64,000 bases of DNA from Amoebidium appalachense (Eukaryota; Protista; Ichthyosporea): assembly GCA_963693365.1 (NCBI GenBank), contig CAVNZM010000001.1, positions 8,076,907 to 8,140,906 of the forward strand. The letters are read 5' to 3'. Each line of letters begins with the position of its first letter. The stretch's first letter is position 1. Made by a program: the position numbers and the translations under genes. The notes under the pieces were generated by a model that saw only the letters and a program-made list of their open reading frames with translations, did no database searches and had not been told where the DNA came from. This document shows positions 17,941-32,101 of the stretch, in pieces.

Positions 17941-20900
17941 CCCACACCCCACCCCTCCTCCCCACTTCATTCCCCTGTCCTCTTGAGCACACATAGTCAC
18001 ACACACTCACACTCTGAATCTACCCCTGCCCTTCCCCCCGCCCCCTCCCCCCCTCCCCACCGCCCTTCCCCACCACCCTACTCCTCTCCTTCTAAGCACA
18101 CACACTCACAGACTAATACATACACTCACTCACCCTTTGCTTTTCTTTTTTTTCCTTGACAGATGCATGGAACCGACCAGCCTGCGCGGTTCGCAACCCC
18201 CAATAAACAAACCTACACGGCCCAGATGACATACCTTTCCGAGAAAATCGAGGAGGCGACGAAACAGGAAAAGAATTACCGCGAGCACGCCGCTAATGTC
18301 GGCAATTCCAACCCTGACCGGTGGCGTGAAAATGAGGAGCTTGCAGACAAGTGGAAGGATATCAAAGGCGTGCACAACGACATGAAACGAATCGTCGAGG
18401 CAAACTGGGAAGCGGGAAAAAACGTACAGTGGGAGCTCGTTTCGCGGAAATCGGAAAACGGGCCCCCTTTTTCGGCTGAGCGGCGGGATTCGTGGGATTC
18501 GCATTCGAGGCAGGACATGCGCGCGCGGATCGGCAAGCGGAACGACCCGGACCTGAGCGGCTACCCTGAGGAAAACCTAGACGGGTCGAACCGGGAACCA
18601 TACGGTTCGAATCAGGGCCAGTGGTCCCCCATTGCCAACTTCTACTTCCCTGCCACCCCTGAACTGAACAGCGACAATAATGATGACCCGTATGAGATGT
18701 CTCCTTCCCCTCCCTTTAGGCGCGATAGGTTTTCCTTCTCGGCCGCAATGAATAACATGCCGCAATCCCCACCCCATCATGTACGTACTTTTACCGGCGA
18801 TTCCGTGCCCGCGCCTCGGCGATCCGTCGTCAGTCACCCGCCGGAAAAGTGCGCGTCGTTGCCAGAAAAGGAATACTCGTGCAAGTCCCCCAACATTGTT
18901 GTGCGTGTCGCCCCCACGCCCCTAAATTCCGCACCGCTGGCTGAGCATCACTCACCTCCTTCCACCATCTCCACCAACCCTTTGTCTTCGTCTTCAAACA
19001 GTCTTTTAGCAAGGCGGGAAAGTGAACCCCGTTTCAGCCTCTCTCAAGTGGTGGGAAGCACAAGGGAAACCTCTACCTCTCCTCGACTTTCAACCGGTGC
19101 ACCCGCACACGTTCTCCCCACGGCGCAAGGCGCACAGGGTTCCAAGGACCAAGCGAACGACATTAACTTCTCAGTTAAGGTTGAGGTGGCTCCCGGTTCT
19201 TCCCCACGTACCGCTTCTACGCAACCCGGCGGCACCCCGCCCATTCCGAGAACCGTATCCCCGGGACCGACGTCGCAGAATGCGCGGCAGCGCAAAGCCG
19301 CCCAACCGGCTCCCGCAGCGACGGTGAAACCTGCCCAACGCACCTCTAGCCCATATTTTGAGTCGACGCTGACGGTTGTGCAGCCCAAAAATCCTCGTCG
19401 CCCCTTTACCAACACCGCCACTGCTGGGTTGGCGGTGTCTCGGACGGGTAGTGGGGATACTAACAGCACTGCCATAGATGGAAAGTCACCCAGCGCGCCC
19501 GCCCAGCCAACCGTAAGAGGTGTGGGGGGGACCACGCAGGAACCTTTGGCGCAGCTGCCCGATTCGAATCGGTCGGCTGGACCGATTAGAAGATCCGATT
19601 CGATTGCGGGCAATCAGGGTGTGGAACAACGGCCAAGCGGGGATCCACAAGTGATTTTGCGGAGAGATTTGGGCAATTTGCAGGGCGAACCGCAGAAAGA
19701 TCGGGAATGTGAGCGCGATAGGCGGGTAGAGTTGCCTGGACGGGATGTTCCCTTGGAACGCGCACGGGAAAAGGAACACGGGACGGAAACGAAACGTCAT
19801 CGGGATTCTGTGGATAGGGAAAGGGAACGAGAGAGAGTAAGGGTTTCGTCAAAAGAAACGGCTGATGAGAGGGTGTCTGAAGAGAAAGGGGTTGGGGGCA
19901 GAGAGAGGAAAAAGGGGGAGAGGGAGAAGGAACGGGATAGGGAGAGAGAAAAGGAACGTGAGAGAGAGAAGGAGAGAGAAAAGGAACTGGAAAGGGAGAG
20001 AGAATGGGAACAAGAAAGGGAGAGGGAAAAGGAACGGGAGAGGGAGAGGGAAAAGGAACGGGAGAGGGAAAAGGAGAGGGAAAAGGAACGGGAGAGAGAA
20101 AAGGAGAGGGAAAAGGAACTTGAGAGGGAGAGAGAAAAGGAACGGGAGGCGGAGAGGGAAACGGAACAGGAACGTGAAAGGGAAGAGGAACAGAGAGAGA
20201 GAGAAGGAAAGGGAACGGGAGAGGGAGAGAGAAAAGGAACGAGGGAGGGAAAAGGAACGGGAGGCGGAGAGGGAAAAGGAACGGGAGAGGGAAAAGGAGC
20301 GGGAGAGGGAAAAGGAACGAGGGAGGGAAAATAAGGGGGAGAGGGAGAGAGAAAAGGAGAGGGAGAGGGGGAGGGATAAGGAGCGGGAGAGGGACAGGGA
20401 TGGTCGGCCTACGGACCATGAAACAACGAGGAGACGAGAACGCGATCGGGAAATCGATCGAGAGCGCGATCGGGAATTCGATCGAAGGCGGGATCGGGAA
20501 AGGGAAGTAGAGGAGGATCGCGCGAGAGAGCTTAGATGTGGGTCGGATAGGGACATTCGCACGAGTGGTCAGGTTCACGTCTTGAGGCGGGATAGTTTGG
20601 ATTCCCAATATAGTCGGCAAGACACGGAGAGGGAGATGGAGTGGGAGAGGGAAAAGGACAGAAGCAGAGAGAGGGAGAGGGACAGTGAGAGGGACAGAGA
20701 CAGAGAGGCGGTGAGAGACAGAAGCAAGGAGAAGGACGGAGAGAGGGGTGGGGACAGAGGCAGGAACATTGAGAAAGAAAGAGAGAGGGACAGAGACAGG
20801 GAGATTGTAAGAGACAGGAGCAAAGAGAGAGGCAGAAGCATTGAGAGGGACAGAGACAAAAGCAAAGAGAGGGACAGGGGCAGAGAGAGGGAGGGAGGCA

Positions 20901-22383
20901 GAAGCAAAGAGAGGGATGGAGAGAGGGAGAAGGAGAGAGGCAGAAGCATTGAGAGAAACAGAGAGAGGAATAGAGACGGAAGCAAAGAGAGGGACAAAGA
21001 CAGAGAGAGGGGCAGAGGAAGAAGCAAAGAGAGGGACAGTGACAGGAGCATAGAGAGGGAGAGGAGGAGAGACAGAGACAGAGACGATGGCACAGACATG
21101 TCGCGCTTCCCCCATCCACGCGATGTTTTGAGGAGAGACAATGAGTACAGTGTATCTCGTGTGTGTCGTGGTACACCCGACGGTGCAAAAGTGGGAGAGA
21201 GCATCCGCAAAATGAAAACGTCTTTTAGCCACGAACGACCCGACACGGTTCCCTTGGTCAAGACGTCGGCAAGCGCAACACCTTCCCCAGTACAGGCACT
21301 TTCACAATCGCAATCGAAACCCGGTGATGGTGCGGCAGGGGATGGCGTGGTGGGAGAGGGGGGTACGGGAGAATCGGCAGATTCGGGTGCCTGGGTGGGT
21401 GGGATGAAGGGAGGGATAGGTGGGGGTAAGGAGGGCGGGAAGGGTACTGTGGATGGTCTTGTGGCTGTCAAGGAGGATCCAGACCTCCCGCATAGTGAAG
21501 CCGATAATGCCGGTATGGAAACAAGAGCCCCCCCCCCCCCCCCCCCCCCCCCTCCCCTTCACGCGCACACTCACACACGCACACGCACATGCACACGCGC
21601 GCACGCACACACACACACACAGACACATTCACACACACACACACACACACATACACACACACACTCACTCACACACACAAACACACACACACAAAAACAC
21701 ACGCGTGCGCGCACACACACACACACACTCCCCTCCCTTTCCCGTGTGGATGATGTGAGAACCCACTGTGGACGGGCTCTACATAAGCATATGATGCATA
21801 CCCTTTTTGTGTGCTCTTGTTTGCATGATCTACATTGTGGTATCCTTCGTTTCTTTTTCTTTTTCTCTTTTTCTTTCCTTTTTTTTTTTTCTTTGGAGGG
21901 GGGGAGAGATGGGGGATGGGGGTCTAATTTGTCTTGGCTTCTATGATTCCCACCTTGCAACATATACAAACCCCCCCCCCTCCCCCCCCCTCTCGCCTTC
22001 TTCGGCCCCCACGGTTCCCCTTCCAGGCCCCAGCACAGTCACCCCGCCATGGTTCCCCTTTTTCCGTCTTCCTTTCCCTCACTCTCACTCGGTCTCCCGT
22101 CCCCTCCTCCCCCTCCCCCTTCTTGCACAGCACCACCACCACCACCGCAACCACCTTTGCTCCTCCCACCCTCCCCTACCCCCCCCCCCCTCCCCTCCTT
22201 GTTAGTGCACTAACCCCCCCCCCCCCCCCCCCCCCCACCCCACCCCACCCACACACACACACACACACACATACACACACACACACACATACACATACAC
22301 ACACGCACACTGCCCCCTTACTTCCCTTCTGCGTCATGCCTTGCCAGTTCTTTCTCCTCCTCATTCCCCCGCCTCCCCCCCCC

Positions 22384-22414
<31 letters not shown>

Positions 22415-22997
22415 ACACAGGCCCCAATCCCCTAGCCCCCACCTGCCCGCCCTGCTCCCAAGACATTTACTCACTCACTCACTCGCTCGCTCACTCACTC
22501 ACTCAATCACTCACTCATACACAACTCTCCCTCCCTCCCTCCCTACCTACCTCCCCCTCCCCCCCCCCCCTCCTCCCCCTCCCCTTGCTCCCCCCCCCCC
22601 CCTCCCCCCTCCCATCCCTCCCTCCCTCCCTCCCTCCCCTTCTTTCTCTCTCTGCTCACTCGCGCCCCTCTCATCCCCCGCTACCACAGCAGGTCCATCG
22701 ACCCCACCCGTCAAGCGCTCCTTCTCGGGGTTTTTTGAGTGCCCCAATTCTCCTGAAATTACGAAGAGATCCCCCGATGCGATCTCAGGGTCCGACACCG
22801 GTGACCCCCCCAAGAGGGTTAAAGTTGAAATCGTGAACGAGCCGATACAGATCGACTCCTCCCCGCCAAATTCCCCCGGCTCTCTGGATTACGACCCTCC
22901 CGAAACTGAAACGGTAAATGAAATCCCGGAGATTCGAAATCCCGTATTGAAAACCCCCTCAAATCCAAATGATGCAACCATTTTTTTTCTTTCTTTA

Positions 22998-23028
<31 letters not shown>

Positions 23029-23646
23029 TCACACACACACACACATAATGGCTTAGTTGGATATCCCTTAGATTACAAGCAACTGAGATAAAGCAGATGT
23101 CTGGTCCTGCACAATTGATATTACAAAGATGTGAAACAGCACAAAAAACCCTACAAAATGAATATTACTCTTACTTGAGAAACAATTGAACACGTGAATA
23201 ATCGTATACCATAGAAACTCCTAATGTGCTATTCTCAGGGTCCCGATACACAAGCCCCCCCCCCCCCCCCCCCCCCCCCCCTCCCCTGAGGATGGGCTCT
23301 GCTTATGACGCATACTGTGCGCATTGCTGATGTTGCATACTTGAATGTTTGCCTTTGCATGTGTCCTGCACCATGCTTCTCATCGTGTATGTGTACTTCG
23401 TACCGTGTTCCGCATTCAAGCCCCCCCCCCCCGGCCTCCCCACGGTCCCCCCCCCCCCCCCCCCCCCCCCCCTCCCCCCCCCTCCCCCCCCCTCCCCCCC
23501 CTCCCCCCCATGTCCACGGCTTCTGAAATTTTGTGAATTTCCCCCAATTCAGGACGAAGCTGGTGCAGTTGATATTAAAGAGGACCTCGATATGCGCCAG
23601 GCCAGTGACTCAGCCAGCAACAACGAACGTGGTGGGTGGAGCTTCA

Positions 23647-23697
<51 letters not shown>

Positions 23698-24036
23698 ACA
23701 CACAAAAACATACACACAGGGGGGGGGGGGGAGGGGGGGGGGGGGAAACGTGGACGTATGCACACACACATCCGTCTCTTTACTTTCCCTGACCACTTCT
23801 CGCTTTGTGTTTTTCTTCCTGTCGGCTTACGGAAGTGTCTATGCATATTGACGTGGATGTAAAAGGGAACACAGCCTTTTTGTTCAGTTGCGAAAGTGCT
23901 TCCGTTTGTGTTGGTGCCCACAAATCACATGTCTGCTCACTAATGAATAGGGAACTCCACGTTGCACACATTGGACGCCGCTTATGCATGCTTACTTACA
24001 GGCACTATCACACATGCATACACCCCCTCACTTGCG

Positions 24037-24090
<54 letters not shown>

Positions 24091-24197
24091 TGCATGCACG
24101 CACACACACAGACATGCATGCACACTTTTTTAGTGAAGGTACAAAACACATACACACATAGGCACATGCAAGCCTACAGGCATGTGCACACGCTCGG

Positions 24198-24229
<32 letters not shown>

Positions 24230-24282
24230 GCACACACACACACACACACACACATGCACGCACGCACGCACGCACACGCACA

Positions 24283-24313
<31 letters not shown>

Positions 24314-24322
24314 GCGCGCGCC

Positions 24323-24360
<38 letters not shown>

Positions 24361-24525
24361 CATGCACACACCACAGGCAACTCCACAACTGCAGGTGTTG
24401 CCTCTGGTGACGCACAGGGTGAACAGTCAGGAACGGACCCCCTGGTTGAAACCTGGTAAGCCCCCACCTCCTCCCCCCCCCCCCCTCCCCCCTCCTCCCC
24501 CCGCGTGCTTCAAAAAAACCATCCC

Positions 24526-24576
<51 letters not shown>

Positions 24577-25025
24577 CCCTTCCCTTCCCTTCTTTAAATA
24601 GACAAACACACGGACAATCTCAATAGGAGGAGGAGGATTGTTGTCAGTGTATAATTGAATATTCCTAGCCCCTGACTTTCCCCCCCACCTACCACCCGCC
24701 TCAACAACCATACCCACCAATATATTCTTTATTCACTCACACAGGCCGGTGCAAACAAGCACGGGTTGACAAACTCTCAAACTCCCTCCCTACCCCCCCC
24801 CCCCCCCCCCCCCCCCCCCCCGTTTCCTCAATCACAATGACATACACACCCCTTCTGAACACACTGACTCACACACTCAACTACTGGATCAGTTAATCAA
24901 TTGCTCACCCGCTCACACAATGAACCTTACACAGACACGCGCGCGCGCGCGCGCACACACACACACACACACAAACACACAAACACACACACAAACACAC
25001 ACACTAACACTAACACTAACCCCCG

Positions 25026-25065
<40 letters not shown>

Positions 25066-25070
25066 CCCCA

Positions 25071-25116
<46 letters not shown>

Positions 25117-28019
25117 ACACACATTCACAGCAAGTGCCCGATATGCCACAACTACTTCCACCCGTCGCACACCTCGGGCCCCTTTCGTCCCCTCCTCCTA
25201 ATCCACTGTTGCCACTCCATATGCGAAGGGTGTGCCCCCGACCCCCACCCAAACTCAATTACGTGCCCGACATGTGGTGTCTCTACTTCTGTCGGACCGG
25301 AGGGGGTAGCCTCCGTCCCCACCAATTTCGGGTTGCAAAGAGTGATGCAACTCTTGATGGAAAAACAAGAGCTCCCTGGCTATGTCGATAGAGCCGTTGC
25401 TGCCGCCGCCAACGCTACAACCACCACTACCGGTAATACTGTTGCGAAAATTTTTCCGACAAAAACCCCCGCAACCACACCCACACCCACACCGGCCGCA
25501 CCCACCACCAATTCGTTGGGTTCTTTGGTGAACGTTCAATTGCAATCGGCGGCAGATGGTTGCAAAAACGTGAACCTTCCGCGTTCCCCTGTGGTGTTTT
25601 CCGTCCCGCCCCCAAGTACAGCAACGGAAAGCACGGCGCGTATATTTACACAGGAAACACAAACGAAAACGCAAACGCAAGCACCGACGAATGTGCAAGT
25701 GAAAGAAGGCACCACAAACCTCACGCCCCGCAAGCGCATATCGATTAGCGAACACAACGAGAGTCGGAGGAGGTCGATTCAGGGTTCAATTCAGGGTTCG
25801 GAGTTGTCAGATAGTTCCGGAGTTTATTCCGGAGTTGGAGTTAGGGTAAGGGAACCACGGGCGAATTGGTGCGAAGAACACGACGAATCACAGGATTACG
25901 TCTGTCCGGTACACATTGAGAGAATATGCTTCACGTGTGTGCAGACACAACACCGAAACTGCAAAGACCCCTCGTGGGTGGAAGTGAAACCAGACGGGGA
26001 GGAAGGGGAGGAGGGTGAAGGGGTGGGAGGGGAGAATGCGGAGGAAGGGGGCAAAGGGCCTATTTCCGTTGCGTCACTTTTGGGGGAGATTGAGACTTTG
26101 ATTGCGGTGGTGAGGCGAACGGTGGAGGAGGTGAAAGCAAACGGGCGGAGGGCGGAGGAGAGGGCGAGGGCGAATCTGGATGAGGAGAGAGCAAAGGTGG
26201 GTGATTAGTGTTGCAATGTCTTGGTTTCTTGTATCGATGTGTTCTTTTGCGGTGTCTCTTTTTCTTAATCTTTTTTTTTTTCCTTTTTTTTGGGGGGGGG
26301 GGGTCCTCTCTTTTTCCCCCCTATATTAGTTTTGGGTTGCTCTGCTCTTTGGTGTTCGGCGGTGCTCTTATGTACACACGTGCAAACAGGTACAAGCACA
26401 TGCAATGTACATGCACAAGCACACACATGTACACGCACACCCAAGCACACACGGCGCCCACGTGCAGACACACATGCACACACATGCACACAACGCTCCC
26501 TCGTTTTCTCTCTTTCGGCCCTTCCCTTCGGCTTCTCTCTCCCTCCCTCTCTCCCTTCCCCACCCTCCTCGGTACTTCCCTTGTCCTGTCTCCGTCTCCA
26601 TCCCTTGCGCTCTCCCTATCGTGTCCTCTCTTTCTTTCCTGCTCTATTCCCCCTTTCTCCCCCCCCCCTCCACTCCCTTCCCCACCTCTCCCTTCCTCTT
26701 CCCCCAATCTTCCCCTCCCCCACCCCCCCCCCCCCCCTCCCCGCCCCCTTCCTTCCTCTGCCCCATTTCCCCCAATCTGTGTGGAAACTCCAAGGGGCAT
26801 CTGGTTTCTACTTCCTCAAATGCTTCTTTTTTTTTCCGTTGCTTTCTCTTGGCAATACAAATGTTTTGCAATGAGTATCATGCCGCCACAGCTAGTACTG
26901 CCGGAACAGGAGGAGAAAAAAGGAAAGAAAATGCAAAGGTGGAACACACATATGCAAAAGCACCCACACATACACATACACACCGTACACATGCACAACA
27001 CCCGCACACCACACACAAGCACACCTCATGCATGCACACCCTACACGTGTACAGCACATGCACAACACTTGCACACGGTACACATGCACACCTTATCAGT
27101 CCACATACGCAAGCACTTACACCGCCATTAACTCCACCCCATGCACCCCATTACTAACCCCACCGATTCCACACAGCTTGTTTTGCTACGGGAAGAACGG
27201 GTCGCAAAAATCGAAAGTGCCTTCCTATCGAAAAAGCACGAAGTAGAGAGGGTTAAAGAAACGATCGTGCAATCGTGCCGCGAGCGGTTGGGGGAAGCCC
27301 AAAGGCCGATCAACGATGTGATCGACGAAATTTCACGCTTAGAAAAAATGGAAGGCGGCCCCGGCGTGATTGAATGTCTCGATGCCCTAACCTCCGCAAG
27401 GAAAGTCTCGGAATCGATCGAAGACCCGTTTGAAAATTTCAAAGCGGCAATAAACGTGTACTGGCGCGGGGATTCGGAAACGGATGGGGAGGGGGAAGAG
27501 GCGGGTGGACGTGGGAAGGGCCGGAAAACGAAGACGAAGGGAATTCTAGGGGGGAAAGGGAAACAACTTAAGAAGAGGAAGGTTTCAGCTAAAGAGAAAG
27601 GGAAACCTGTGCGTCAGGAGGAATGGGAGGAGGAGGGGGAAGGGGAGGAGGAGGAGTGGGAGGGGGAGAGTGAGAGTGGAGAGGAGGGGGATGATGGGGA
27701 CAGTGATTGGGTTGACAGCGGACAGGAGGAGGTGACAAGGAGAAAGGTGGGTGTATGTGCGCGTGTGTGTGGGATGGGGGGGGGGGGGGGGGGGGATGCG
27801 TGCCCCTGTGCCTGTGTGTGTGTCTCCCTCCGTGTGCGTGTGTGTTTATGTGTGTGAGCGTTCTTCCGTGTATGCAATTCTTATACAAAGTGCCAAGTGT
27901 AGCTTTTTTGTGTGTTTTTTATTTGGTGTGTGTGTGCGTGTGTGTGTGCGCGTGTGTGTGTGTGTGTGCGTGTGTGCGTGTGTGAGTGTGGGTGTGCGTG
28001 TGTGTGTGTGTGAGTGTGG

Positions 28020-28078
<59 letters not shown>

Positions 28079-28129
28079 CACTTGTTTTTTGTTTTTGTTT
28101 TGTTTTTTTGTTTTTTTTTTGTTTTTGTT

Positions 28130-28172
<43 letters not shown>

Positions 28173-28569
28173 TTTATCTGTCGTATAACTGAATATATAT
28201 CGCTTTCACAAGTCAAAATGAACAATTTATCGTGTGTGATTCTTGTTTGGATGACTGGCAGGTGTTTGACACACGTTGTGTGCTGGTCCGCCTTATGTGC
28301 TTTAGTCTGTTGTACACAGATCACTTTTATGGCGGGTATGCATTAGTCTTTCAAGGGCTGCTTCCGTGTATTTTTTTGCTACTTGTGATTGTACAGCATC
28401 ATGTTTTTGGTGGGTTGTTTGTCGACACGGCTTTGGCACCATAAGAAGCAGACAGATAATGTTGGAAGTTGTGTTCCCGTGGAAGCGTTTTTTTTCTTGT
28501 TTCTATTTTTGGGGGTGGTATTTTTTTTTTGTTTTTTTTTGTTTGTTTGTTTTTTTTGAGAGAGGAGAG

Positions 28570-28603
<34 letters not shown>

Positions 28604-28848
28604 GAGGCTACGAGGGTTTTTTTTTGAGAGAGAGGGGGGGGGGGGGGGGGGGGGGGGGCTACTAGGGTAGTGAATGTGTTGCATGTAGGTGTGGTGGCCA
28701 ACACAGAGTGATCTGATGCCTCCTTTCTCTCTCCCTCAGACAAACCAGAGGAAAAGGAAAGGAAGTGATCCACAACATGGTAATGCCCCCCTCCCCCCTC
28801 CCCCCTCCCCCCCCCAAAAAAAAAAAAAAAAAAACATGCACATGCATG

Positions 28849-28880
<32 letters not shown>

Positions 28881-29836
28881 GCCCCCAACCCCACACCTCG
28901 GCTGCATTCGTCCAAATACGACTCCCTCCTCTTCGTCCTCCCCTTCCTTACCCTCCTCCTCCTCTCCCCCCCCCCCCCCCCCCCCCCCCTCCCCCCCCCC
29001 CCCTCTCTCTTCGTCTCTCTCCCCCCATTCCCCCCACTTTCCGCCAACAGTGGAGGGCACAATGGTCATGAACTTTGGCACCTTTGATGGCTATTTCTGG
29101 TTCAATGTTGGCTTGCAGGAAACACACACACGAGTACATGTGCCGAATCAGTACATGTGCTGAACCTAGTGGGCACACCCGCACGTGTATGCTATGCATG
29201 CACTCCCCCCCCCTCCCCCCCCCCTCCCTCCTCTGCAGCGCGTGCAAGTACACACACACACGCACGCACACACATACACACACACACACACACACCACCA
29301 CCACCACTACATACCACCTCTTTTTTTTAGGGGGGGGGGGGAGCTTCCGATGTGAACATTCGGTTTGCTCTCGTGCAATGCACAGACTAAAATCAGAATC
29401 ATGCCATTTGACTGCGTACTTATTTTGTTTGTTTGGGCAGGTTCGAGACGGATGAAAACTGGAACCAAGTGAATGCTGATAAGCACCGTGTGGGTCCGAC
29501 CGAGAGGCTTGGTGGGTTTGGACATGAAATGTGTGATTTACGGGTTGTCCTGAGAATCAGAAGTCTTGAAGTATGTTTTTTCGTGTCATCGTGTTCGGGT
29601 TGTGTGAGAATACTGTTTATGGTTTTGCTGCTTCGGTCGACCTTCTTTTTCTCTCTCCGTTGATATTGGTATTGTCTCCGAGCAAGATTTCTAGTGTGTG
29701 TGTTTTGCGGAGACAGGGAGAGTGGGTGGTTGCGTCGGTGAAGGTGTATTAGTGTGTGTTTATGAGTGAGAGATTTTGGTGGTTGTGGCTGTTTTTTTTT
29801 TTGTTTTTTGTTTTTTTTTTTGTTTGTTTTTTTGGT

Positions 29837-29889
<53 letters not shown>

Positions 29890-29932
29890 GGGGGGGGGGG
29901 GATGTAACGATGGTGCTGCCGTTTGTTGTGTT

Positions 29933-29963
<31 letters not shown>

Positions 29964-30049
29964 GTGTTCAGTTACTCGCAAATGACAGAAGTTTGCCGAA
30001 TGCAAGCAACATAGTAGGTTGTGTGACTTTGCTGGTATTTATGCCCTAA
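16065..30049 (+). CDS. Large multi-exon protein: N-terminal C2H2 finger, long Ser/Pro-rich and RE/RD/RS dipeptide region, then RING-HC + B-box + coiled-coil (TRIM-like E3 ligase)
   Basis: Exon 16065-16203 (CTDC..F.....FYQHTRDKH); uncertain small exons ~17070-17302; exon 18163-21512 (one apparent frameshift ~20190-20205). Then phase-consistent GT-AG exons 22690-22913, 23553-23631, 24377-24455, 25131-26196 ([21 protein letters not shown]; B-box CEEH..CPVH..CFTC..HRNC), 27177-27746, 28740-28779, 29051-29150, 29441-29570, 29972-30049. The link between the first exon and 18163 is the weakest part. Confidence 0.72.
19900..21090 (+). repeat. Coding purine-rich repeat encoding an Arg-Glu/Arg-Asp/RSKERD low-complexity tract
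   Basis: Iterated gagagggaaaaggaacgg and ggcagaagcaaagagagggac units; translates as EREKERE.. and RSKERDR.. Confidence 0.85.
23283..23420 (+). mobile_element. Diverged 5'-truncated copy of the same 3'-terminal module, embedded in poly-C
   Basis: Shares cccctgaggatgggctctgcttat..gcatact and gtgtacttcgtac...cgcattcaa with 62866-62974; C-tracts on both sides. Confidence 0.75.
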
Positions 30050-31069
30050 TAGTGAAGCCAATCTTTCTGTATGGGCCAGATGCATGTAGGTGAAACGAAG
30101 ACGAAGAAGTTTTGTGTTTGATGGCAGGTAGTGTGTATGCTGGCACGAAGAATGACTTGATATGAGATTATCATTTATATATTACGGTGTATCATAACCA
30201 AACGTTTATTGTTGATATCCGTCTTATACGAAGGAATAGGCTCAGCAGCGAAGTTAGGCCGTTACACTACTGGAAACCATCTCATCTGTGTGTGTCTGTT
30301 GGTTGCTTTTCGCTGGCATGTGGATCATATATGGATGCAAATATGTAAATGAAATCACGGATATATCGCAGGCAGTTAGGGACGGTTGATAGTAGCATGA
30401 ATGGTGCAATATGGGACTGATGGGACTGAATCAGATGTCGAAATGAGAATATTAATAAATAAATACGGTGGCATGCATATATAACACTTTTCTCTGTGAC
30501 CACCAGATCGAGAGGTGGCCATGGGACCAAATGGGTTTGCTGGGTTGGCCACCAGGGGAAAGGAGTTTGCTGAGCCCCCCTCCCCCCTCCCCCCCCTCCC
30601 TCCCCCTCCCCCCTCCCTCCCCCTCCCCGCCCCCCCAACACCCACCGGCCACCCACCTTTTTTTCCTTTCTCTCTCTCTCTTTTTTTTTTTTTTTTTTTT
30701 TTTGAGAGAGACGGGGCCCCGGGGGCGGAGGGGGGGGGGGGGGGGGGGAGGGAGAGGGGGGGGGGGAGGGGAAGAATAAAAATAATAAAGAGAAAGAAAA
30801 AAGGGGGGGAGGGGGAAGAATACTTGCAAAGAGAAAAGAAGGGAAACATCAAACTCCCGCACACACACACACACACACACACAAACATGCGGGCGCGAGC
30901 ACACACACACATACACACACACACCACCCGCACCCGCATACAGACCCACGCCCTCCAAAAAAGAAAAACGGATCTCGGTGTAAACGTGGTGCACATGGTG
31001 CACGTTTGCTTCCCGGCTGGCAATCGACTATAGATAGTGATCTTGTGCACATGTGGTATTCTGCTCTTT

Positions 31070-31203
<134 letters not shown>

Positions 31204-31360
31204 AATCCGGTTGTGCCCTCAGAGGAGCCTGGGGTCGCTGACGCAGCTACTATGTAGTGAGGCTCATTTGTTTCTCAAATCTTCACACAAAGGTGTACAC
31301 GCGGACTACTAATTTATTTCGTGCACGCGCGCACACTCACACACAACTAATAAACACACT

Positions 31361-31491
31361 CACGTCGCACGCACGCTCGCACGCACGCACGCACGCACAC
31401 ACACGCACACACACACACAAACGTGCACGTGCTCATTCACATCTTCGTACGACACATATAATGGAAATGACACACGTCGCACGCACGCTCG

Positions 31492-31531
<40 letters not shown>

Positions 31532-31577
31532 CGCGCGTGCTCATTCACATCTTCGTACGACACAATGGAAATGACAT
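31361..31577. repeat. ~110-bp tandem duplication containing CA/GCAC microsatellite
   Basis: Two units, each cacgtcgcacgcacgctcgc...gtgctcattcacatcttcgtacgacaca..aatggaaatgaca. Confidence 0.85.
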
Positions 31578-31635
31578 TGCATGTACACCATACATGTAGA
31601 ACCACACACACACGTGCACACACTGCCACACACAC

Positions 31636-31766
31636 CTGCTGTACCCGGTCGGATGCACCCGCACTGGGGTTCTCAGAAGTGCTGAGATGTGGAATTCAGG
31701 CAACAAAAAAAACCCGACCTCACGCCACACACGCGCGTGCAGAAGGAAACACAACAAGCCACGTGG

Positions 31767-31856
<90 letters not shown>

Positions 31857-32101
31857 CATTCCCATCAATGCAGCTGCAGTTTGCTAAAGTGAAGCTACTC
31901 GTGGGCACATCTGCAGCCCTTACAAACACATGGTGTCACTCAGCCCTGCATGGCAATAGCAATGCACTTGCGTATACACACGCACACGTGTCACATACAC
32001 ACACGTGCATACACGCATACACGCATACACGTGTGTGAGTGTAAGCACACGCAAGTGCATACACACGTGTACAGGTACGCTGTCGTAGTCACCGGATCCA
32101 T
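31636..32101 (-). CDS. Candidate small spliced gene, product unknown (3' exons unresolved)
   Basis: ATG at 32101; exon 32101-32073 |gtacac and exon 31681-31636 (cag|...|gtgtgt) join in frame: MDPVTTTAYLTSENPSAGASDRVQQ. Divergent from the gene at 32833. No homology recognised. Confidence 0.3.
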
